Source of the DNA: Dudresnaya verticillata
Taxonomy: Eukaryota
DNA: 64,000 nt
Direction: 5' to 3'
NCBI GenBank assembly: GCA_977862235.1
Contig: OZ374564.1
Span: forward strand, 1,984,001-2,048,000
In this document: positions 1-13,354 of the stretch, piece by piece
Layout: each line of letters starts with the position of its first letter
How positions within the stretch are numbered: the first letter of the stretch is position 1
The notes under the pieces: generated by a model
Database searches by the model: none
Told to the model about the DNA's origin: nothing
What the model saw: only the letters and a program-made list of their open reading frames with translations
Translations under genes and position numbers: made by a program

Positions 1-190
1 TATAAGGACAATAACATTCCTAGAGCCACCAATCTACCGTGGTAAGTTCCGTCCTTTCTCCCACCCACCCGCTCCTTTTCACACAGACTTTAAGTTCACA
101 AGTTACCGTCCATTCTGGTCATGCAGACCTGACAAAACAATGCAGAAATAGACTTTCTTTGCATTACTCATTTCTGAATGAGGTGGGTCT

Positions 191-894
191 TTAAGAATAA
201 AGGCTACATTTCCTTTTCACCTTTCGTTTGCGAGGAAGAGATGCCTTTTGAGTGTTGGTCTGTCTTTGCCTCCGAGCGTTGCGGGTGTCAGCAGCGGTCT
301 GCTGCACGTCAGATTGGCGTGTGTGACTAGCCTGTGTGCGGGATATCTCCCCCGCCAGTATTTTATCGTCGAACTGGAGCATATTAAGGTTTAAAAGTTT
401 CCCCTGCGTAAGAGCGCCCTCCTAGTACTCATCCGATGTCGGCGTGTCAATACCGAGGCCGATTGCTTTTACCTTTGCTTCAAAAGACTTCTGCTTATCC
501 ACTACGAATCGAGGGATGTTATTGATAAAAGCCTTTACATTTTCAAACTGATTTTGGCTCTGGAATGCGGACGGAACGGTGCATAAACATCGTGTCGAAT
601 CTTGGCAATGATTTCCTCGAATAACCTGTCCTGTACGTTTTTTGTTAACGTCCAGTAGTCACTCTCAGCGAGCATTCGATGGATGAACAACCTTTCATCT
701 CCATTGGGGCTGAAGCGCCCGACACGGGTCGCCTGACTGGGTCTCCCAGCCCCGTGTCGGAGAGTGCTAGCGGCTCTGTCTCCTCCCGATGATATTCCGC
801 GCCCCGAGGGCTGGGATCCCTCCGCGTCTTCGACGACGCTTGCACCATAACCATTTCAGAGAGGGGGAGGTGGAGGAGAGCGAGATTCGGACAT
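191..894 (-). pseudogene. Degenerate coding remnant, possibly Myb/SANT-like DNA-transposon accessory protein
   Basis: Manual minus-strand translation gives protein-like text (MSESRSPPPPPL*...FSPNGDERLFIHRMLAESDYW...QDRLFEEIIAKIR...NVKAFINNIPRF...DEY*EG...MLQFDDKIL) broken by two stops and a frameshift; family call is a pattern impression. Confidence 0.3.
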
Positions 895-3579
895 GTCTGT
901 GGAGAGGAAACGTGTTATGGGATTGTTCTTTGGGTGATCCACAGTGGTGTAGGGGGTCATTCAGAAATTTGTGGTGAGAGAGATCTGGGCAAGCTCTTTT
1001 TGAGGTCAGCCCAGGGTAGCGGATCTGGACAGTTCGGTGTACTGTAGAGCAATGCATCGACTTCTTTAATTGAAATCTCTGCCATTCAGATCTGGCTGTG
1101 TGCGTTGCGCAGAGCCAGATCTGGCTAAATTGAAAAACTCCAGTACTAAGTGTTTTTCTAACATTCAATTGCAGAGGCTAGACATACGGTATTTGGCAAA
1201 TGTTTGAGATGTTAGCGATTTTGCTGTACCTTGATAGGATTGAGGTTGTCGCGCACATTATCCTTACTAGCAAAAAACGCCCGATTCCTTCCAATAATGC
1301 GATGGCGCTCTTGTTTGACACTCTCAACACTATCTAATTGAAATGACATTGGATACTGCCCGACAAGTCACCTCGGAGTATTCGCTTGATCCGCTCCCTG
1401 TGTTCTGCGGAACTGCAGCCTCCAACAAAGCAATATTACTCCTGCAGATTTGCCTCTGATGTAGTGCTTAAGAGTATCCAGTAGGGATGCTCTAGTTTCA
1501 TGCTTTCGTAAAGTGACGTTTACCCCCAACATAGCTCTCTATACTGTAGATACTGACGAGATTCGTTGGGGCGCAGTACTACTGTACCTCTTGACGTACC
1601 TCTTGAGGTACGTCGTGGTTATTCGTGCTACGGAATCACGTCAAAATGCGCTTATGCGATGTTTCGGTTTCCTTGGGTATGATACTGTGTACAGTTGGAC
1701 CTGCACTTCGGCACAAGCCATCCCAGCAGAACCTCGTTATTGGACAACACTAACTAGTGAGGGCTTGCCAATGCAGCCTGGTGATGTATCGTGAACCGAA
1801 CTCTCTATTTCACTCCTGTAAAGATGCTTTGCATGCAGGATGAGCAGTGTGCTCGTCTATGCGTCAAGTGTTGCAACATGAACATGTCCCTTGCACTATC
1901 TAATTTGTATCCTTGATGGATATGTAAAGATGACTACTATTTGACTGAATATGACTGATTTGGAATAAAAAGGGCATGACTATGACTTTCCAAACCTCTG
2001 TTTTCGGTAGTCACAAATACGACCCTGGCTACAGTGCGTTCTATTTTCTTTGGTTTATCGAGGTAGGCCAACACAGCATCTCAGCTCAATGGCCTTCTCA
2101 TCATGTGTGAGGAGAGCAATAATTTCTAGGAATACGCCTACGTGGATAGCAACACGGCGCTCGCATGATATCGTAAAATGACTTGTGATTGGGCAGAGCT
2201 TGTGCTTTTTCTGTACGTCCGCTTTTACGGAGTAGGAGATAAAAAATTATTGCCGTACAGCCAGGCACCATCGCCGTGGGCGTATCTACTGCCCTTTCTA
2301 AACCGAAATGCGAGCGGCTGACGTACACTACCGCATCCATTACATTTGCAGTTAATCCTCTCCTCACTCCCCCCGCGTCCCCAGCATGTATGCAGTGCTG
2401 GCATTGGATGCAATATCTTCCAACGCAGTTCATCCCTCGCCCATGCCGATCTGGGCATTCCGAAGATAGCAATCCGGGAAAGAGACTCTTGTGATCTTGA
2501 TTGAACACACAAAAGATACACAGCGAGACGTGACTTACGCAGAGACCTAAGCAATGCATCGCATGCAATCTCATCTCGTCATGCTGCGCGCCTAGTGTAC
2601 TTTTTTACATCGAGACTCCGGAGATGAACAAAGCCCCGAGTACTCTATCGTGCATCACTTTGCTATTCCACGATGCTAAGAACTCACACGCCGTTTCCCG
2701 CTACTTTCTGACGCCTTATTAATGCTGCCAGATTCAACAACGATCCACACGACCGAAATTCTGTTTGTTGTGAAGCCGGGTAAACTAATCTTCTCCTAAA
2801 ACAAAAGGTTCGTAATGGCCTACAAAATTGCTATTTGCTTCAAGAAGGATGCTGCAACAGATGTAATGGCCTGTTTAATAACCCTATGTTGCTATCAAAA
2901 AACCTACAGCAGTACAGTAAATCTCAGATTGGGCTCATTGTCTCGAGTGTTGTATTGCCACAGTTTAGGGCATACGTTGGAGATGTTTCAAAGGCACAGT
3001 CTAGTCGTTCAGGAATGACTTTCGTGAACTGAAGCATGCCACAATGCATTACAAGTTTCGTAGAACTTGCAATTATCCGACAATAAACTTGCCCACCTCG
3101 CTGCTGAAGCTGACGTACTCTAGAGGCCCAGTCTTGTGACACTGCGTAAAACAAACTGCATCCCCATGGTCGATCGACTGCCCGTTTGCATACCCGCGAG
3201 GGATTTGTGTTGAAGCAATCTATCTCCACTCTACATTTCACTCCATACTGAATCAGTCTTCGAAACTAGCTGACTTTCCAAAACGCTTCCCTCTTACGAA
3301 CATACGGATTAGGAGGGCAAGAAGGCGCCATCTGAATGCATCGGCGTCTCCATTTCAACATTATTATACTGCAAATGTCAAGAGTGTCAGCATGGAAAAT
3401 TGTCGTATCCATGCCAGTCGTGGTGCCCACAGTGTCACGAACAAGATAATATCAATTAAAACTTCCTTGTACTATCGCTATATAAATGGTGCCTCTGCCC
3501 CAACTTGTGCTCTTTTCACTCATCAAGCAATCAGCTGAAGAACTCTCGATCCCAGAGGGAAACGCTCAGAGACTCCGCA

Positions 3580-4281
3580 ATGCTCCGCTTCATCATTTTC
3601 CCCGTACTAGCAGTGCTAGTCTGCTCAAGCAGTGGTTTGACTACCCCTACAAACCTACTTGGTCCGATACGTTTTCACTGGACCCGATGCCTATTTCGCC
3701 GACTCACGGATTGTAACGCATGCTATTGGAACGGCAGAAGGCGTGCCTACTGCCACCGTTTGGCAATCAGCAAATACATGATCTTAGTAGGAAGAAAGTT
3801 CTTGACGCAAACAGTTGCCGATTCTGCTCGCATCACTCAGCAAGAATCATGTGACTACCTCATGGGTAAGCCAGTTGATTACAAAACGCTTTCTTGCCTG
3901 GGCTTCAAAGCAACCTTTATCAATGAGAATTCTGGTCTCGAAACCGGTGGGAGTCCAAACTACAACGGAAATGCTGCTACGAATACCTGTGCCAGCTTCT
4001 TTGCAAACAACGGCTTCCCATGTGCAACTGCAACTTTTACACTTCAAATATCCGGCAACATTGTCACATCTGTTACCGTCTTCATCGTTGGAAGCCCGAG
4101 TTGTGCTGCCGGGATCTCTATCTTCAACGGAGCTTACAGCTTCCTGAAAGCTTCAGCAGGGTTCTCGTCTGTTTTCGTAGATTCTCCGAATCTAACTTAC
4201 AATCCCACGGGGATTTCAACTCTAGTTTTGCCATTTGTAGCCGACACGCAAGTGAACGCCCCAATTTCACCCTCTAGCTAG
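3580..4281 (+). CDS. Secreted Cys-containing hypothetical protein (~233 aa)
   Basis: ATG at 3580 within ORF 3505..4281 opens a signal peptide (MLRFIIFPVLAVLVCSSSG); TATATAAA about 100 bp upstream; several Cys. Confidence 0.7.
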   Translation: MLRFIIFPVLAVLVCSSSGLTTPTNLLGPIRFHWTRCLFRRLTDCNACYWNGRRRAYCHRLAISKYMILVGRKFLTQTVADSARITQQESCDYLMGKPVDYKTLSCLGFKATFINENSGLETGGSPNYNGNAATNTCASFFANNGFPCATATFTLQISGNIVTSVTVFIVGSPSCAAGISIFNGAYSFLKASAGFSSVFVDSPNLTYNPTGISTLVLPFVADTQVNAPISPSS

Positions 4282-7200
4282 CAGGGGTTCACCCCTAACG
4301 CAGATTAATCGAGTGATGCACATTATTACGTGCGACAGGGGGCCGAGGATTCTATAGACTGTACTTAAGTGGGTCGCAAGGGAACCCATTTAAGAATCGG
4401 TAACCCTTCCGAATAAGGCTGTTAAATGCAGTTGATTCCCTTGCTATTTCCATCACCCAAGATTCTCCTGGTCCAGAATAGATTTCTTCTATGCATTACT
4501 TTATGGCTATAAAATTGAGAATCTCGTTCTTTAAAAAGGACCCTTCCTTCTAGAGATAGGACAGGGTTATATTGATGAGAGTGCACGCGTGATATACAAC
4601 TTCATGTTATGTTGTTCCTTAATGATGTGCTACAATCTGACGCTGGACTTAAATGCCGTCGTCCATCGCTTTTACAAACATTCTGCTTCAGTCTAAAATA
4701 TTCCTCATCTGTTCGTCGAATACCTAGAGATGATTTCTACTTCAAACTTCTAAGTGAAAAGAATAGATCTGACGCTACTGCATAGATAATTGTGTGCCTC
4801 TGCCCAGAGGTCCATTGTGAGGCCATGCCATTCATTCTATCGACGATTTGCTGGCGTCAGAATAAGAGGACGTAAACAAAAGCCGAGAACATGCTCTAAT
4901 CCGTAGTTCATACGACTTTTCCTGAGACGGGATATCCTTTGAAAGCAGTAATACCACCCCAGTAATAGCACTTGCAAGTGTCCGTACCGACCAGATCAAA
5001 GCCTTCAAATGATGAAAATCCCTTAGCTGCAAGCACAAGAAACAATGCTCCCATATTGGCATTTGAACGAGTATGTATGAGCCCCTCTCAAGCCATTAGT
5101 CCCGGGGTCCTTGGTATTGCCCTTGTAATATGCCAAATTCGATGTGATTGCCGTTATTTCCACATTAATCGGAATAGGGGAGGGATAACCAAACGTTTGA
5201 CGTGAACTAGTCTCATCTAAATGCTCTGATTTCTCGGAGAAGCGAACATTCTCCCTGAAACCTCAAATGTACTCTTCCAGGCCGAAACTGTCTCGGCGTA
5301 TCCTGCCGAACGGCACTGGAGGTAGACGATAGCACTGACAAACAGGATATCGGACATAGCTTTGGTATAGTTGCTAGAAGTTCATGGGGGCACCGGAGTT
5401 TGAAAAGAGTGGTTATCGCAACTCGGAACCACGAGAGGTTAAATGTAAACCAAGAAGACTAATGATTAAATGCAAATCATGTAACCAAATGCAAATGAGC
5501 TTACGCGAGCATAGCAATGCTCACGCATCTGAAGTCTAAGACATCGAAGTGCAGAGGTAGTCAGAAAGCGAAAAGGGTATAAATAGCAGCTGGTCTATAG
5601 AGATTAGCAAAAGGCAGAGAGGAAGCAATCGATACATTTACGGCAAAGGACGATTCGTCCTTGGGCATCTATGCCCTATCTCGAGGCCTCTGTATTGTAG
5701 TGCGACAATCATGGACACCGATAACAATGCTGTTTCGACAATAGTAGATGATGACTGGAACAGAATGAACTTGGTTGTTGTTTCAACTATGCAAATCAGT
5801 GATATGGAGAGTGTCTGATAAGAGTCCGGGAGGATTTCTGTTTGGATAAAAGTGCCCTGGAAATGGTTTAAATACTGCCAGGCCCATGTAACATTTTGTA
5901 TTGCAAGCACGGTAGATCTTCAAGTCGCCATTATAATGTGCTTCATGCTGGGCCTCCACTGCTATACTTTGCAAATTACTCATTCTTTCTCTAAGAACAG
6001 TAGAAATCGCGCCTGGATCAGCAATAGGAGATGCTGAAGTCACAATGGCTTCTGGCTTTGCTCTTGTGATTCAGAGTACGTTTGACTGAAACCACTATCC
6101 GCCATATACTGCCTTGATTGTGTTCTGGTCGAAATGGTGCATCTGTTGATTTGATTATGGTCTCCTATGCGTGGAACATAAACTATCTGAGGGACCCATG
6201 AATGTGTAAATAATATGAGAAGCGTGTATCGCAAGAGATATCTTGCTTTGCTTTCGTCAATTCAACATGACTGCATCTAGTTCAGCAAGGAGATCGACAG
6301 TATCATGCTTCCATAAATGCTTCATCTTGTAGATATATTGCCCCGCAAAGTTTACTACTCAGCGCAGAAGTAATATGCAGAGTCTACGACTAACATTGAA
6401 GCCAATGAAATTCAGCGACTAGTTACAGAATTACGAATTCAGGTTCAGTAGTTTGTCCTGTTTGGTAGAGAAAAGGGGGAACAAGTTGTTAAGGAAGGAG
6501 ATAGGGTAAAATCGTTGATGAGCGACCGAAAGGGACTTTGAAAACGAGGGAGCCCCAACAAGGGCTATGGAACAGCCTGAGAAAGCAAGATAGAGATGGA
6601 AAGAATCAATTTATTCTCCAACAATGAACGTTTAAAACGAAGGCGCGTGTTAGCGCGGAAGGAAGTCACGCAGCGATTGAAAACGTTTTTGGGCTCACAG
6701 CCTGGCACTGTCGAAGAAAGACGTGAGGAGAACAGAAAGGAGAAGGTTACCAATTCGGGTCTTCATAGACCGAAAGGCTGTGATGCGTATGGAGTTCAAG
6801 CCCGACTCCACAAAGGTTATAATCACACGTACATGGAACTTTACTTTAATGTATGGAGCAACCTTTCCGAAAGGATCTGATTACCAGGACACATAGATGG
6901 CGGAGGGTTTAGGTTACAACAATCGCAGAAGAACGGGCAAAACGGCCTTGCCAGTTGATTAAAAGCTTCGTTGGGTCTGCATGTGTTGTTGTATTTGATT
7001 TGTTGTTTAACGTGGTCCTGCGTAATGTGCTTTCTGCATACTGTAGCTTTTCCTCTACGAATGCTTTGAAATATTTCTTAGCATGCATCTCTTTATTCTC
7101 AAAGTTGAGAGTAAGCCCCTTATGGGGACTTAGTATGTACTGTTTCTAACACAACGGTCAACAAGCCTACCCCTGTTAACTGAGACCGCAACGCACTGTA

Positions 7201-7796
7201 ATACTAACGAGGTAAGATGTGTGATATTTCTTAGTGTAAATTGATGTTTTCTTTACCGATTGTTTAAGGTATAGTCTTACTCGGGCAGCTCGGAACAGAA
7301 TGTTGAGAAAGCTGCAGCCGAAACCAATCTTTTGTCAACAAAGCGAGATTCGTTATTGAAGAAGTAACCTTGAAGCCATTGCAACTAGAACGAAATAGTA
7401 GTCGTATACTGGCGACCCACAAGCTTCCCCGGGCTCGTCTTCCCGAACTTTGCGGTGTAGAGGTGAAAGAACGGTTACCAAAACACTAAACGAATACAAA
7501 ATTACTACAGTGGGGAATCTGGGCCAACAGAATAAGCTAGGGCAGCCTCCGCACTGCAAACGCGACAACTGCTCTGAAGGATTGGAAAGCAACGAGAGTG
7601 AAACTTGCATTGTGTTGTTGTATTTTATTTGTTGTTTAAAGTAGTCCTGCGTAGGCGACTTTGGCCCATTTGCTGGCACACGGTCGATTGTTGGACGGGG
7701 AGTTATACATTACATAATGGAGATGTGGTAGTGGGTGGGCCTGTCTAGTGGATGGCATGTGGTGAGGGGTAGTCTTCGAGGCATATACGACGGATG

Positions 7797-8165
7797 TGTT
7801 ACACAAAGCGGTTTGACAGATGTTACACAGAGCGGTTTGACAGGTGTTATACATAGCTGTTTGAATGGTGTTACACAGAGCGGTTTCTCTAGCTTGTACA
7901 ACGTGGTGTTGCACAGAACTGCTTGATTCTGTTCAGAGATGTTACCGTGATCTATAGCTTGGAGTACGTTCATCAGATTTGCTAGACTGTTATTTGTAGC
8001 TTGAAGTACGTTTAGATTTGTATGTTGTGCGCATGCAAGTGTAGCTGTTTGATTTAGAATACTTTGAGCACTTGCGTTCACGCACTCTGTGCAGTAGATA
8101 AGGACCGAATGGAGAAGCTCGGACTAGAGAAAACAACAACAACAACGACAAGGGCTTTTGCAACA
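7797..8165 (+). repeat. 5' LTR of element 1 (369 bp)
   Basis: Matches 12992-13354 except 2 substitutions and a 6-bp (AAC)2 indel; begins with four 24-bp subrepeats. Confidence 0.95.
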
Positions 8166-8286
8166 TTATTTCGAAATAATGTGTGTTGTTCTGTCATCAG
8201 CACACTAACTCCAAAAGTGGTGAAGTGAGGTCAGGAACTCTTCACGGGAAAGATCACGCTCCTCGGTTTTCGAAGTAGCTGCCAAA

Positions 8287-9491
8287 ATGGTACCCCCTGC
8301 AACTAGAGCAGATGCATCGAATCGGGCTGGAGAAATTGCTGAGTCTGTCGAAGAGCTTCAGAAAGCAAACGAAGTTCTGGAAGCCAGCGTCTCAGACCTT
8401 AAGACTACAGTGGATGGTATCACGCAGCAGAACGCAATCATGATGTCCGAACTCAACTCGATAAGTACTGCATTGGAGCGCGTGATATTCTTGAACATTT
8501 CTACACCTGCTCAAGACCCGTCCATTGGTAGCAGGAAAGTCGACAAAGAGGTGAAATTGTCTACATCCGAACAACCTAACTCTGTTATTGATCAAGAAAT
8601 GAAGCAAACTATTGATGAGCCATCGCGCCGGCCATCACAGGACGGTGGTACCACGGATAAAGTTCGAGTGCAAATCTGGCAGAAGACTATGAGCCTTAAC
8701 AAGGTTAGGACACGTGGAGATTCGAACTTTCCAGCTGCTCTATCTAACTTCAGAAGACTGCACCAGAGTTTAATCTATCCGATGATATGGAGAAAGAGAT
8801 GGCAATGATAGCATTTCAGGGTGTCGCATTGGTTGTCGGCAACAAAGTTGTTTGTGAACATCCTGATGTTTCTTCTATATCTCTCTGGGACAAATTAGAA
8901 GACAAGATCTATAACACAAGTCATATTAGAGCAAAGCATGCAGAGTTTCTCCAAGGCAGTTGGCTGGAAAGAAAAGAAACGTTGGAAGAGTTTGCAAATC
9001 GAGTGCAGCAACTTGGGTCTGCCCTTTCGTATGATGATCATATGATACAAGCCACATTCATCAGAGGTCGACCTGACCGTCTACAGCCTCATGCATATGG
9101 CATCTCAGGAAGTTTTGACGATCTAGTGTCTGCACTCTCAAATATTGCCCGTGATTGCAACTATAGGCGTGGTAAGGCTGTAAAGCCTGTTAAGGAAGGT
9201 CTAGAGAGCAAAGCTTCAGTAACACAACAGCCGGTTTCGACCCCTACTGCTACACAAACTACGCCTAGCGGTTCTACCTCAACTGTAGTTTGCTATAGGT
9301 GCAATGAACCTGGTCACACCGCAAGGAGCTGAAGGTGTAAAATGCATCCTAAGCACCATCATGAGACGGCGGGAGCTGATACAGCTGCTGTCAATCGACC
9401 CACACGAGTTGATGATCAGCCAGCTAAGGATAATAACAAGAACTCGAACGGGAATCAGGAAAACGCAGAAGGGAGTGTTCCGCGCCGTTAA
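8287..9491 (+). pseudogene. gag: gag of element 1 (frameshift ~8700-8800; TGA in zinc knuckle)
   Basis: ORFs 8287..8808 and 8787..9332; CYRCNEPGHTARS* is a CCHC knuckle whose last Cys is a stop; frame continues to TAA 9489-9491. Confidence 0.85.
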
Positions 9492-12400
9492 AGAACGGGA
9501 CAACCTCCGAGAAAAGAAAAACTTCAGACAAACTTCAGCTTTGCAACGAGCACAGCAGTTGCAACGATTTATTTGAGCATTTCGACGATGATGCAGTGGA
9601 AGAGGATACACCGCCCGACCTGGTTGTGGATATCGACGTTGGAAATTCGTCGATGGTTGAAGCAGTTCACGACTCAGGTGCTTTCGCGATGTGGGTTGAC
9701 GAGGGTTTCTTCCGTGGTCTCGGTCGTTCCGTCAATACCATTAAACCTCCTACAGCATCTGGTGTTGATGGCAACCCACTTGATGTGGTGGGGACAGGCA
9801 CAATGAATTTCACTTAATGGGGGTGTACCTTCAACAACTATCCTGTGAAAGTTCTGCGCACTTTGCCTAGTACGGTGCTCATCGGTAGACGCTTTTGGAT
9901 TCAGTATGCCCATCGTCTAGACTTGAAAAACATGACCGGCAGCATTTATGTTGACAGGCAGTGGTATGAAGGAAAAATAAGGTTGAACGGTGCTTCTGAC
10001 TCCGAGGCTACCAGGCTCGTAGCTGAGGAATGTGATGTGGATATGGTGATCGCTGAAATGGACCTCAGCGAATTCCACACAAGTCGGAAGATGCAAGAAC
10101 GGTTAAGGGCTGTACTGTTTACACATCGGGACATTTTCAAGGGCGTTGGAAAAATAGAAGGCTACAAGCACCGCATATTGCTCAAGGAAGGTGCTGTCCC
10201 GGCTGCCGTTCCAATACGAAGAAGATCCCCTAAGAAACAAGAAGCGGAACGCGACATGGTAAGGCAACTGGAAGCAAAAGGTATTCTGGAGAAGGCAGAG
10301 TCACCTTGGGCTGCTGCGAACGTTTTTGTTCGAAAAAAAGATGGGTCGCTTCGCTGCACCACCGACTTCCGCAAATTGAACTCAATGACAGTTACCGACT
10401 GTTACCCCATGGAGGGTGTGAAGGAAACCATTGACTGGCTTTCTTCAAAGAAAATATTTTCGACCTTTGACCTGAAAGATGGCTACGTCCAGGTTGAGCT
10501 GGACAAGTCTTCACGTATCTACACAGCCATTCGAACGGTTCTTGGCCTTTTTTGGTACAACCGTCTTCCCCAAGGCCTTAAGAACAGCCCTGCTGTTTTC
10601 CAACGCATAGTTAACTATGTCCTTGGAGAGTTCAAAGGTCGAAGCGTATGGGCATTCATGGACGATGGAAGTGTGGGTACTGAAGATGCTGTGTCACATA
10701 TCGTGGAGTTGGATAAAGTCTTACAGAAAATGAAAGACGCTGGAATGAAGCTCCGTCTATCCAAATGCACTTTTGGAAAGCGTCGCGTGGAGATTCTGGG
10801 TCATGAAGTGACGCCTGGCGGTCTATTGCCATCTCAAACTCATGTTAAGGCAATTCGAAACCTGCGTCCCCCAGAAAATGGAACAGAGCTATTACGTTTC
10901 ATTGGCCTTGTTACATTCTTTTCGGACTTTGTGCCGAACTTTTCAGACCGTATGCGCCCCCTTTACGATCTGTTGGTTGGATCTGGTTTCAACAAAAAAC
11001 GAAAGAGCCGAAAGCAAGTTCTGCACATTCCAGATTGGGACAAGCGTTGGACTAATGAGCAACAGACGGCCTGGGAAGATCTCCGAGATGAACTGTCAAA
11101 TCCCCAGTCCCTCGCCTCCCCAAACTCAGCGTATCCAAAGAAGGTGATGACGGATGCCTCAGAGTATGGAATCGGCGGAGTCTTACTTCAGCAGGACCGT
11201 TCCGGGGAGTGGAGGCCCCTTTCGTTCACATTACGCAAGTTTAAAGGCGCTGAGATTCGGTATGCTGTAACTGAAAAGGAATGTGTCGCGGTTGTCCACG
11301 CCCTCCAGAAATGGCGACATTATCTTCACGGTGGTCCTATGTTTACTGTTGTCACAGATCACCAAGCTTTGTCCTGGTTAATGATGCTCAAAGAACCTAA
11401 AGGACGATTAGCTCGATGGATGGTACAGATTCAAGACTTTGACTTTGATATTCAATACTCTCCAGGCCATACTATGGCTTCCCTGACACTCTAAGCAGAG
11501 ATGCAATCGGAGCACCGACCTGTGTACGGTGCCAGGAAGAATTCAAGTGGTTATCAGAAGGAACCAGGCAACTTCCTTCTGCCGACGAAGTCCGCAGGGA
11601 GCAAGAAAAAAAATTCGGAGACCTTGACGAATACGTTAAGGTGCATGGTCAATACATTTTAGACGAGGACGACTTGCTGTGCCGCATGGATGACGAACTG
11701 TTCCGCATCGTGGTACCGTCCGTTTTAGTTCCAAGCGTCCTCAATTACTGCCATGGGTTCAGAGCGTGCGGTCATTTCGGCGTTGCTCGTACTGCAAATC
11801 GCATCAAAGCACGCTTTTGGTGGAAAGGGTGGCGAGCTGCTGTGACCGAGCACGTACGACGATGTGCAAACTGTTCGGTGCAAGGTTTAAGCAGACCAGG
11901 TCGTCATGGAAAGATGAAGACCTGGCATCCGCTACGCCGATTTCAGATTGTTGCTGTTGACGTAATGGAAGTTTCTCCGGAGTCTTCCCTCGGTAACTCC
12001 AAGGTTGTACTCATTGGTGATTTGTTTTCGCGCTTTGTCTGGGCTGTTGCTGTGAGAGACGAGAGAGCGGACACCCTGGCAAGAATTATTCTCGATGAAT
12101 GGGTGCTAAGGTTTGGTCCTCCAGAACGGTTATTGTCGGACAGAAGCAAGAGCTTCTTGAATGAGATCATTGGAAATATGTGTAAGGCTTTTGGAACACG
12201 TAAGGTGTTTACAAGTCCTTACCACCCGCAGACAGATGGTTTCGTCAAGCGCTTCAATAGAACTCTTATGCGTGACATTCGTGCCTATGTCTCAGCAACC
12301 GATGAAGATTGGGACACGCATCTCGCTATGGCGTGTTTTAGGTATAACACATCTGTTAATGAGGCTACTGGAATAACCCCATACAAAGCAGTATTTGGCA

Positions 12401-12984
12401 TTGAGGCATTTGATGTTGATGCATCACTGGGCCGAAGAGTGAGAACTGATGAAGAGCTACCCTCTGGAGCTGGGCTAGCTCAACACTTATCCGAGATCCA
12501 CAAACGACTTCTTGGAAAAGCTACAGGAGCGCGGATGCAAGCTGCGCGGCAGTACGACAAGTTGGTTGACGCACATGAATTTTTTGTTGGTGCCCCCCTA
12601 ATGGTGTACAATCCGCAGCTCGACAAAGAGAAAGGGCGTCAGCTTCGAACACCCTGGCTTGGACCCTACCGCGTTACTGAAGTTTTCTCCAGCATCGCCT
12701 ACATGGTCAAAGCCGAAAGGGGTCAGGAATCTGCTCGGGTTCACGTTAATCGACTGCGTGCCTTTGACGAACATATAGAAGAAACGGGTGACCCACTTGA
12801 CGGTGTATTCCCCGATTCAAGGCGTCTCGTTCGCAGTATTGTGTCATCGCGTACGCGAAAAGGCGTCCGATATTTACAAGTTCGTCTTGCATTTTCGCCG
12901 AAGAAGGAATGGATTAAGGCAAGCGACTTGCCAACTATGATAATTGCGGAATACGATGCACTCCAAAAAGATGGTTCCAAGTGA
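9437..12984 (+). pseudogene. pol: pol of element 1: protease, RT, RNase H, integrase, chromo-like C-terminus
   Basis: VHDSGA protease motif; TAA 9815-9817; RT LPQGLKNSP/FMDD; RH TDAS/TDH; frameshift ~11480; INT H..H..C..C, VDVM/SDR; terminal YLQVR...EWI segment. Confidence 0.92.
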
Positions 12985-12991
12985 GGCCAAG

Positions 12992-13354
12992 TGTTACACA
13001 AAGCGGTTTGACAGATGTTACACAGAGCGGTTTGACAGGTGTTATACATAGCTGTTTGAATGGTGTTACACAGAGCGGTTTCTCTAGCTTGTACAACGTG
13101 GTGTTGCACAGAACTGCTTGATTCTGTTCAGAGATGTTACCGTGATCTATAGCTTGGAGTACGTTCATCAGATTTGCTAGACTGTTATTTGTAGCTTGAA
13201 GTACGTTTAGATTTGTATGTTGTGCGCATGCAAGTGTAGCTGTTTGATTTAGAATACTTTGAGCACTTGCGTTCACGAACTCTGTGCAGTAGATAAGGAC
13301 CGAATGGAGAAGCTCGGACTAGAGAAAACAACAACGACAAGAGCTTTTGCAACA
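12992..13354 (+). repeat. 3' LTR of element 1 (363 bp)
   Basis: Direct repeat of 7797-8165. Confidence 0.95.

Larger units (their letters stand above)
7797..13354 (+). mobile_element. Ty3/gypsy LTR retrotransposon (element 1), decayed, no TSD
   Basis: Direct repeats 7797-8165 and 12992-13354 (TGTTAC...GCAACA) flanking gag-PR-RT-RH-INT in gypsy order. Confidence 0.95.

Noticed and set aside
4800..6900. Possible degraded transposase fragments
   Set aside because: Short stop-riddled frames with no motif I can support
6978..7655. ~50-bp diverged direct repeat at ~6978 and ~7606
   Set aside because: Short and T-rich; no TG..CA ends, TSD or coding content to define an element
7797..7892. 24-bp and 44-bp repeats as CRISPR-like arrays
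   Set aside because: No unique spacers, no cas genes, eukaryotic LTR-element context
10655..10666. FMDD instead of YxDD in element 1 RT
   Set aside because: Catalytic Asp pair is retained; Y-to-F variants occur in RTs and this copy is decayed
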